Shown: one piece after another, positions 1 through 8,164 of the stretch
Layout of the letters: each line of letters opens with the position of its first letter
How positions within the stretch are numbered: the first letter of the stretch is position 1
NCBI RefSeq assembly: GCF_000012925.1
Contig: NC_007517.1
Span: 2,220,001 to 2,252,000, forward strand
Direction: 5' to 3'
Origin: Geobacter metallireducens GS-15
Lineage (GTDB): Bacteria > Desulfobacterota > Desulfuromonadia > Geobacterales > Geobacteraceae
DNA length: 32,000 bases
The notes under the pieces: model-generated
Told to the model about the DNA's origin: nothing
The model's input: the letters and a program-made list of their open reading frames with translations, nothing else
The model's database searches: none
Program-made: the position numbers and the translations under genes

Positions 1-159
1 TTCCCCATCATGAGCATCTCTGTGGCCGTCGTTATCAGTCAACAGGGAGAGTTCACCTCGGCGGTGCAGATAGCAAAGGCGGCGGCCGACATCAAGGATC
101 TGCTGAAAAAATCTCCCGGCAGCAACTACCTGATCAACCGACGCAGGAATCCCCGATGA
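1..159 (+). CDS. 3' end of an unidentified CDS, truncated by the window edge
   Basis: Frame 1 is open from base 1 to TGA at 157-159 (...SISVAVVISQQGEFTSAVQIAKAAADIKDLLKKSPGSNYLINRRRNPR*). The stop overlaps the next start (ATGA at 156-159). The tail loosely resembles the end of a GGDEF-type domain, but there is too little sequence to call it. Confidence 0.4.
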   Translation, partial: FPIMSISVAVVISQQGEFTSAVQIAKAAADIKDLLKKSPGSNYLINRRRNPR

Positions 160-683
160 CTTCACGTACGATCATCATACTTATGGTTACGGCTTGCCTC
201 TCAGGCTGCACCACCGTCCAGAAGTCTCTGGAAAATCAGCGCCTGCGCACCACACAACAAGACAAGCTCGAGCAAGCGGTGAAACTCATTGAAAGGGGAA
301 ACACAGAAAAGGCCGAAACGCTCCTTGAGGAGGTCGTGGCGGCACAAGGAGTGCGGGGGATCACCGATGAAGCCCTGTTTCGTCTTGCTCTCCTGTCCAT
401 GCCGTCGGATCTGAATCGGGAAGATTTGGCCAATGCGGTAAAATATCTCGAACGACTTCAGAAAGAGTATCCGGTCAGCCCCTGGGCAACCCAGTCGTCA
501 TCACTTACCGACTTGCTCGCCGTCCTGCCGCGTCACCTTCAATCGACAACGGAACTCCGTCGTCAGATAAAAAGCCTTAGGGACCTGAACCTCTCTCTGA
601 CTCGGGAAAACAAGGAAATGAGGCTCAATATCGAGAAGATAAAAAACCTGGACCTGCAACTGGAGAAGAAAGTCAAACCCTAA
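156..683 (+). CDS. small lipoprotein with a helical/TPR-like N-half and a C-terminal coiled coil
   Basis: 175-aa ORF. Lipobox LSGC follows a hydrophobic segment (MTSRTIIILMVTACLSGC). The C-terminus is charged and heptad-like (TELRRQIKSLRDLNLSLTRENKEMRLNIEKIKNLDLQLEKK). It is translationally coupled to the upstream gene by an ATGA overlap. Confidence 0.65.
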   Translation: MTSRTIIILMVTACLSGCTTVQKSLENQRLRTTQQDKLEQAVKLIERGNTEKAETLLEEVVAAQGVRGITDEALFRLALLSMPSDLNREDLANAVKYLERLQKEYPVSPWATQSSSLTDLLAVLPRHLQSTTELRRQIKSLRDLNLSLTRENKEMRLNIEKIKNLDLQLEKKVKP

Positions 684-806
684 TACTTGTTAAATTAACC
701 GACACAATTACTGGCCAAAATTCAAAAAACTTTACAGAAAAGTCTCCACACCCACCCACAACAACAGAACCCCTTGAAAATACAATGAAATATTTACACT
801 AAATTC

Positions 807-821
807 TGGCACTCTTGTTGC
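807..821 (+). promoter_or_regulatory. sigma-54 (-24/-12) promoter, TGGCAC-N5-TTGC
   Basis: TGGCACTCTTGTTGC at 807-821 matches the RpoN consensus TGGCAC-N5-TTGC exactly. It lies about 75 nt upstream of the ATG at 896, in a 212-nt AT-rich intergenic region. Confidence 0.6.
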
Positions 822-895
822 GTACTATTACGTGACCCCGTTCTTCTTTCAGCGATGTTGAAAAAAGATACCCCATTGCGGGAGTAGGCGTTCAC

Positions 896-3163
896 ATGAC
901 CTCCGTACCAGACGACCTCCGGATGTTCGAAAAGAAGTTCTCCATACTACAGGAAATATCGAATGCCTTGGTGGTTACGGACAACCTGAGTGCAATCGCG
1001 AACCTCATGCTCGACCTGGCCATCAACTACACAAGGGCCGAGAAGGGGTCTCTCATGCTCGTCAACGAGCGGGATGAACTCTACATTCTTGCGGGACGCG
1101 GCATAGATCTCAACCTTGTGCGAACCTACCGGGCAAAGATCGGCGAAGGGATTGCCGGGGTTGTGGCAAAGAACCGCACTCCCGTGCTTGTGGAAGATCT
1201 GGCCAACGAGCCGCGGTTCAAGGGGATAACCCGCGACCGCTACCGGACCAACTCCTTCGCATCATGCCCCATCATAAGCAAGAACCGGCTCCTTGGTGTC
1301 CTCAACATCAACGACAAGGTTGACGGAGCCCCCTTCAACGAAGACGAGTTCTCCCTCATCAAAATCATTGCCAATCAGGCAGCTATTGCCATGGAGAATG
1401 CCATTCTCGTCGGACAACTCCGATTCAAAGCCGCAGAACAGGAAGGGATCAACCGCAAGCTCATCGAAAGTGACGTGGTAAAGACCGAATTCATCACCCG
1501 GGTATCCCACGAATTGCGTACCCCCCTCAACTCCATCAAGGGTTCCGTTTACTACCTGAGGCAGTCCGAACGCCTCTCGCGGCGCGAACAGGAAGAGTTT
1601 TACGACATCATCTCCGGCGAGACGGACAAACTGATCGGCATCGTGGAAAACCAGCTTGACTTCCTCCGCTTTGAAGACGAGACGATGCTCATAAACAAGA
1701 CCCTGGTAAGCCTCAGGGAGGTACTGAATGAAGTGTGCGGCTCAAAGAACATCAAAACCCTCTTTGCCCGCAAAGATATAAGCATTGATGTGGAGATAGG
1801 TGATGGACTTTCAGATGTAGTCGGCGACAGAATCAGGATAGTTCAGTTTTTCCTCAACATTCTTGAAGGGTTGAGCTACTTTCTGGAGCGGGGCGACGTG
1901 GTTCGCATTTCCGCCCGGGAGAACGATGACATTCACGTATCCATAGGACTTCCGCGCAGACTGCCCGAGAGCATCACCCCTTACCTTTTCAGTTCGAATC
2001 ATCTGTTTCAGACCGATTCCCCCGACGAAAAACTCAAACTCTACCTGGCCCGGAAGGTAGTGGACATTCATCGCTGGGATCTGGTCGCGGAAAACACCGC
2101 CACGGGTCTCCTAGTTTCGCTTATCATACCAAAGAGCGCCCGCCAGAAGGTAGACGCCGTCGTCAATACAACCCTCGATATGTTCCTGGAGTTCATTGCC
2201 GAGGTACTCGATGTGAACATGTGCTCGGTGATGCTCTGCGACGACATGACGGGCGATCTCATGATCAAGGGCGCGAGAGGCCTCGACGACCACATGATCA
2301 AGCAGACCCGCGTGCGGATGGGAGACCGGATCGCCGGGTGGGTCGCCCTTGAGGGTGAACCGCTCTTTATCGAGGATATCGAGCAGGATCCCCGTTTTGG
2401 GAGAAAGAGCGTTCCCCAGTACAACAGCAAATCGCTCATTTCGCTCCCCCTCAAGGTGGGCGGCAAGGTCATCGGCGTCCTGAACCTCAACAACAAGCGC
2501 TCAGCCAGTCCTTTCACCGGGCGGGACTTCGATCTGGCCCAGGCGATGTGCGAACGGGTTGCCTACTTCATGGGCCGGGTCCACGGGGGGGATCACCAGG
2601 GGGACGAATTTCGGCAGCTGATGACCTCGTTCGACAGCCTCATCACTGCCGAAAAGAAATACCACAAGAAGGATCCCCGCCTCCCCGACATTGCCATGGG
2701 CATCGCTGCTCAAATCGGAATCGGAGAAGATGAGCGAAGGTCAATACTCTTTGCGTCGGTTCTCTACGACCTGGGGCTTGTGCTCCTCGAAGAGAGCATC
2801 CTGAACAAGAAGGGGAAACTCCTCCCCTCGGAAGAAAACACCCTCAAGATTCACCCTTACACAACGGTGGGGCTCCTGGATTCATTCGAATTCTCCGAAG
2901 AGATCAAGCGGGGGATTCTCCACCACCATGAACGGTATGACGGGACCGGTTATCCCGACGGACTGAAGGGAGACGAGATTCCGCTCATCTCGCGGATCCT
3001 GTCGGTTGTGGACGCCTATTGCGCCATGACGTCGGAAAGGCCGTACCGTCCCCGAATGGACATGGCCGATGCCCTTGCAGAAGTTCACAAGCATACGGGG
3101 ACGCTCTACGACCCGAAGGTGGTGAAGGCGTTGGATTTCGTCGTTGGCGAGGGGGTGGAGTAG
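896..3163 (+). CDS. multidomain signalling protein: GAF, HisKA (DHp) with degenerate HATPase, GAF, HD-GYP-type domain with YD in place of HD
   Basis: 755-aa ORF. The H-box FITRVSHELRTPLNSIKG has His205 at 1508-1510. The following ~200 aa lack recognisable G1 (DxGxG) and G2 (GxGxG) boxes. Two GAF-like segments are present (ex. GIAGVVAKNRTPVLVEDL and RIAGWVALEGEPLFIEDI). The C-terminus carries HHHERYDGTGYPDGLKGDEIPL (2921-2956 region), the HD-GYP signature. The expected LHDIGK is LYDLGL (Y624-D625 at 2765-2770). Confidence 0.85.
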   Translation: MTSVPDDLRMFEKKFSILQEISNALVVTDNLSAIANLMLDLAINYTRAEKGSLMLVNERDELYILAGRGIDLNLVRTYRAKIGEGIAGVVAKNRTPVLVEDLANEPRFKGITRDRYRTNSFASCPIISKNRLLGVLNINDKVDGAPFNEDEFSLIKIIANQAAIAMENAILVGQLRFKAAEQEGINRKLIESDVVKTEFITRVSHELRTPLNSIKGSVYYLRQSERLSRREQEEFYDIISGETDKLIGIVENQLDFLRFEDETMLINKTLVSLREVLNEVCGSKNIKTLFARKDISIDVEIGDGLSDVVGDRIRIVQFFLNILEGLSYFLERGDVVRISARENDDIHVSIGLPRRLPESITPYLFSSNHLFQTDSPDEKLKLYLARKVVDIHRWDLVAENTATGLLVSLIIPKSARQKVDAVVNTTLDMFLEFIAEVLDVNMCSVMLCDDMTGDLMIKGARGLDDHMIKQTRVRMGDRIAGWVALEGEPLFIEDIEQDPRFGRKSVPQYNSKSLISLPLKVGGKVIGVLNLNNKRSASPFTGRDFDLAQAMCERVAYFMGRVHGGDHQGDEFRQLMTSFDSLITAEKKYHKKDPRLPDIAMGIAAQIGIGEDERRSILFASVLYDLGLVLLEESILNKKGKLLPSEENTLKIHPYTTVGLLDSFEFSEEIKRGILHHHERYDGTGYPDGLKGDEIPLISRILSVVDAYCAMTSERPYRPRMDMADALAEVHKHTGTLYDPKVVKALDFVVGEGVE

Positions 3164-3203
3164 CAAGACCAGCGGACGGCTGTTCCGCCGTGCCAGTCAC
3201 CAA

Positions 3204-4571
3204 TCATGCGTTAATGCCGTGCTTCCTCATGAGATCATAGAGTGTTGGCCTGCTGATTCCCAACTCTTCCGCAGCCTTGGCGATATTCCCCTTGCTATTG
3301 GTAATAGCCCCCCTGATCATCTCCCGCTCAACCTGTTCCCTGGCTTCACGCAGGGTCGTCACCTCACCGATGCCTGCTTTTCGTGCCGAGGGTCGCTCGG
3401 TGAAGCCCAGATCGTCGGGCTCGATTACTGCCCCCGATGCCATGAGCACTGCCCGCTGAACCTTGTTTTCCAATTCGCGCACGTTCCCCGGCCAACCATA
3501 ATTTTCGATGTATTCACGGGATGTTTCACTAAAACCTTTTATCTTCTTCTTGAACTCATTGACGCACCGCTTCAGGAAGAAATTGGCTAACAGCATAACA
3601 TCATCGCCGCGGTTCCTGAGGGGAGGAAGCGTGACGGTTACCACCCCGATCCGGTAATAGAGGTCTTCCCGAAACCTCCCCTCTTCCATGGCGCGAACGA
3701 TATCGACATTGGTGGCCGCTATGATCCGGGAGTCAATGGAGATATCCTCCCTCCCCCCAACCCGTTGAATGGCTTTTTCCTGCAGGAAACGAAGGAGCTT
3801 GACCTGGAGGTTGAGGGGAAGCTCACCGATTTCGTCCAGGAAGAGTGTCCCCTTGTGGGCATATTCCACCTTCCCCTGAACCCGGGCCATTGCTCCAGTG
3901 AACGCGCCCTTCTCATGCCCGAACAGCTCTGATTCAAGAAGATTTTCAGGGATAGCACCGCAGTTGATGGGGATGAACGGGCCGTCCTTGCGCAGACTCT
4001 GAGCGTGGATGGCGCGAGCCACAAGCTCCTTGCCGGTGCCACTCTCGCCGTGGATAAGAACAGAGATGTCAGAGGTGGCAACCTTCCTGATCGTCGAAAA
4101 TACCTGCTGCATCTCGGCACACTGGCCGATTATCCCTTTGACATCCGGGCCGCTCCCCCCAAGGGCGCTCTGCAGGCGACGGTTCTCATCCTCAAGGGTC
4201 TGCAGGTGAAAAGCCCGCTTGATTATAACCTTGAGCTCATTCAGATCGATGGGCTTCTGGTAAAAGTCATAGGCCCCCATCTGCACCGCCTTCACGGCGT
4301 TCTCCTTCCCCTCGTTACCGGTAATGACGATCACCTTTGCGTCGGGGGCAATGCGAAGCATCTCACCGAGGCAGCGAAACCCCTCTTCTGAACTGTCCTC
4401 ATGGGGAGGGAGCCCCAGGTCGAGAGTAACGACCTGGGGGCGGTGCTTGCGGAAGAGTTCCAGCGCCTCTGTGCCATCGGCGGCCAGATGAAGGGAATAC
4501 TCCTTCCCAATCCCCCATCGAAGCTGACGGCGGATATCCTCGTTGTCATCAACTATGAGCAGCTTTTCCAT
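3204..4571 (-). CDS. prsR: PEP-CTERM-box sigma-54-dependent response regulator PrsR (REC, AAA+ sigma-54 activator, Fis-type HTH)
   Basis: The N-terminus LLIVDDNEDIRRQLRWGIGKEY...VVTLDLGLPPHEDSSEEGF...KVIVITGNEGKENAVKAVQMGAYDFYQKPIDLNELKVIIKRAFHL fits the PrsR family pattern. Walker A is GESGTGKE and the GAFTGA motif is present. The C-terminal HTH is GNIAKAAEELGISRPTLYDLMRK. ATG at 4571 is preferred because GAGGTG lies 6 nt upstream; the ORF track starts 9 nt earlier at GTG 4580. Confidence 0.9.
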   Translation of the reverse strand: MEKLLIVDDNEDIRRQLRWGIGKEYSLHLAADGTEALELFRKHRPQVVTLDLGLPPHEDSSEEGFRCLGEMLRIAPDAKVIVITGNEGKENAVKAVQMGAYDFYQKPIDLNELKVIIKRAFHLQTLEDENRRLQSALGGSGPDVKGIIGQCAEMQQVFSTIRKVATSDISVLIHGESGTGKELVARAIHAQSLRKDGPFIPINCGAIPENLLESELFGHEKGAFTGAMARVQGKVEYAHKGTLFLDEIGELPLNLQVKLLRFLQEKAIQRVGGREDISIDSRIIAATNVDIVRAMEEGRFREDLYYRIGVVTVTLPPLRNRGDDVMLLANFFLKRCVNEFKKKIKGFSETSREYIENYGWPGNVRELENKVQRAVLMASGAVIEPDDLGFTERPSARKAGIGEVTTLREAREQVEREMIRGAITNSKGNIAKAAEELGISRPTLYDLMRKHGINA

Positions 4572-4581
4572 CAATTGCACC

Positions 4582-6672
4582 TCAGATGAATTCCGGTTCG
4601 GTTATCCCGATCCGACCCTGATCACCGCAGTTAAACCATACGGTGAAAACCGTACCAACCCCAACGGTACTTGCCACGTCTATTCGTCCGCCGTGGGCCT
4701 CGACGATCTGCCGACATTGATAGAGGCCAATGCCGAGCCCTTTTTTCTTGGTGGTCTTGAACGGCGAGAAGAGTTGCGTCCGAAGGAACTCTTCCGGTAT
4801 CCCGCAGCCGGAATCACTGACCCGGATGAATGGGGCGCTTCCGGCGCCGACCTCGACCATCACGGGCCCCTTGCCGTCCGTTGCCTCAAGGGCGTTCACC
4901 AGAAGATTCATCACCACTTTCTGAATCTCCTCTCGATCCACCTCCGCGGAAGTATCGCTACCGGTGACTGAAATCCCCCCGTTTCCCGGCACCATGGCCG
5001 CAGTGTCGACGGCGAGACGGTGGAGGTCGACCAGCTCAAGCTCCAGCGACCGTTTCTCCGGCAGGTTTTTTAGGCGCGAGATCAGCACCTTCATGCGGTT
5101 GACCGTGTTCGAAAGGGTGTCAAGCAAGTCGTCCTGAAACTCAGGGTCGGCAATATGCTCCCGACCGTTGTCCACTGTCAGCGACAGCGTGTAGACCAAA
5201 TTCTTGAGGTCGTGGATAATGAAGGCCGAAACCCGGCCCATGACTTCCAGTTCCCTCGAACGGGCCAGTTGTTCGGAAAGACGGTAGTTCATAAGCGCCG
5301 ACGCCGCCTGACGGGCAAGGGTCTTCATCAGGTCGTAGTCCTCGTAAAGATACTGTTCATTCTTGTTGACGGGCCTGCCGAGGACCAGCACGGCCTCCAA
5401 CCTGTCGGGGCCGAAAAGCGGCACCAGGAACTGAATGCCATTGGCGGCGAAATAGGTTTCCTGCTCGGGAAGGCAAACGGGCGAGTCCTCCCGCAGATTG
5501 ATAACCCATGACCGTTCGATCATGGGAGTCAGGACCGGATCATCCGGTCTCAGGACGGCGCCAGTGCTCGGGAGTTCGTGGCCGGCTGCCCAGTTGAACT
5601 CGTTGCTATCGGCATTGCGAACAAACAGTCCACCGCACCCCATGGCGAATATCGCGCAGTAGCCAGAAAGAATGGCCGCCATCAGTTCCTCCCCCTGCCG
5701 TGCCGAAGCCAGGCGATCGGTGAACTGAAGCCACTGGGTACGATAGTCGTACTTGCTCTGGTAGAAATTCTTGTGGATAAAGACCTTGACCTTGCGCTTT
5801 GCGCTCTCTGAAAGGAGCACCACCAGGAGGCAGATGCCGACGATAAACGCCCCCCCAAGTGCAAGTGTCTTCTGGTGTCCTTCCCCAAAATACCGGAGTC
5901 CCTCCCCCATAATCCCCAGAGCAACCAGGTAGAGACCCACCGCAAAGAGGACCACTGACTTGTACGCCATGCTTCTGGAGACGGCGATCCTGACCCCGTT
6001 GCCGCGAACCAGCAGGGAATAGAGCATCATCCCCAAGGCAAGGATGAAGACCAGGGACCGTAGCGGCATCAGGTTCATGTTTATAGTCCGGTAGAGGAGC
6101 CCCTGGCTGTAATAAAATATGAGCACGGCCAGGAAACTTCCCGCACCGATGAAGTCGAACTTGATCTTCCACCGCGACGAAAGCGAAGCGTTGCTGAACG
6201 TGGCCTCCAGATTGATAAGCGAGATCACAACGTAGACCAGGAGCCCGCAGTAGAAGACATATCCGGCGTTTGAGAGGAAAAGTATCCGCTCGGAATCAAA
6301 GTCGGGCGAGTAGAAAAACATTGAGCGCGGGAGTGCGAGGACAGCGGCGGGAAATATCAGGCTTGCCGTCAGGAAAATCCTCTGGACGATCGTGACGAAC
6401 CGAACAGCCACGGTGCGGGCATGGGTGAGGCTGAAGGCGAGCCATGCCGCCGGCACAACCCCTTCGGCAATGAGGCTGTAACGCTTCCAATCGAGAGGAT
6501 CACCGAAGTACCCTGCCACTGCGGCCAAATCGCAGAATTCAACGGACGCCGAGACCGCAATGGCCACCACGGACAGATAAGCGGCGATGGTGCGCCCGCT
6601 CCGCCAGAGCGTACACGAAACGTAGACCGCAGCCAGGAGCAGAGCTATCGATGAAAGGACGATCTGAATCAT
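4582..6672 (-). CDS. prsK: PEP-CTERM system histidine kinase PrsK (polytopic membrane N-half, GAF-like, HisKA, HATPase)
   Basis: 696-aa ORF with about 8 or more hydrophobic helices in the first ~300 aa. H-box is FIIHDLKNLVYTL. N-box is NLLVNALEA, G1 is SDSGCGIP and G2 is GLGIGLYQCRQIVEAHGG. The stop at 4582-4584 abuts prsR. Length and architecture fit the PrsK family. Confidence 0.85.
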   Translation of the reverse strand: MIQIVLSSIALLLAAVYVSCTLWRSGRTIAAYLSVVAIAVSASVEFCDLAAVAGYFGDPLDWKRYSLIAEGVVPAAWLAFSLTHARTVAVRFVTIVQRIFLTASLIFPAAVLALPRSMFFYSPDFDSERILFLSNAGYVFYCGLLVYVVISLINLEATFSNASLSSRWKIKFDFIGAGSFLAVLIFYYSQGLLYRTINMNLMPLRSLVFILALGMMLYSLLVRGNGVRIAVSRSMAYKSVVLFAVGLYLVALGIMGEGLRYFGEGHQKTLALGGAFIVGICLLVVLLSESAKRKVKVFIHKNFYQSKYDYRTQWLQFTDRLASARQGEELMAAILSGYCAIFAMGCGGLFVRNADSNEFNWAAGHELPSTGAVLRPDDPVLTPMIERSWVINLREDSPVCLPEQETYFAANGIQFLVPLFGPDRLEAVLVLGRPVNKNEQYLYEDYDLMKTLARQAASALMNYRLSEQLARSRELEVMGRVSAFIIHDLKNLVYTLSLTVDNGREHIADPEFQDDLLDTLSNTVNRMKVLISRLKNLPEKRSLELELVDLHRLAVDTAAMVPGNGGISVTGSDTSAEVDREEIQKVVMNLLVNALEATDGKGPVMVEVGAGSAPFIRVSDSGCGIPEEFLRTQLFSPFKTTKKKGLGIGLYQCRQIVEAHGGRIDVASTVGVGTVFTVWFNCGDQGRIGITEPEFI

Positions 6673-6687
6673 TCGTTACCCGTAACG

Positions 6688-7977
<1,290 letters not shown>

Positions 7978-8164
7978 GAATGCTCCTTGTCAGTTATTGT
8001 CAGAGACAGCGTTGCCGGCTGTCACGCTACAATGAATATATTTTTACCAGACTGCACTATATCCGTAAAGAATTTCGACACAAAAAAGAAACTGCGTGAC
8101 AAATGTAAACTGTTCCGACAGACAGACTCTGGTATACTCTGGGTCGAACCCAAGGAGAGACTCC

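Noticed and set aside
156-683. Identification of the small lipoprotein as PrsT
   Set aside because: PrsT is a lipoprotein of about 900 aa with many TPR repeats. This ORF is 175 aa with at most one or two TPR-like helices.
684-895. c-di-GMP (GEMM-type) or other riboswitch in the 5' leader regions (also 7978-8164)
   Set aside because: I found no ACGCAAAGC-like conserved core or paired P1/P2 architecture by eye. The first region is better explained by the sigma-54 promoter and a short leader.
3164-3203. Bidirectional intrinsic terminator in the 40-nt convergent gap between the HD-GYP gene and prsR
   Set aside because: Only a weak 4-5 bp stem is present (CAGC-GGACG-GCTG or GCGGA...TCCGC), and neither strand has a T-tract. 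It is not convincing.
8096-8164. 5' extensions proposed by the ORF track (also 18123-18197, 20464-20637, 23302-23379, 13103-13120, 21962-21982, 4572-4580)
   Set aside because: Each extension lacks an RBS or overlaps the preceding gene, or it places charged residues ahead of an obvious signal peptide. Internal starts with a good SD or ATGA coupling fit better. Both options are stated in the feature evidence.
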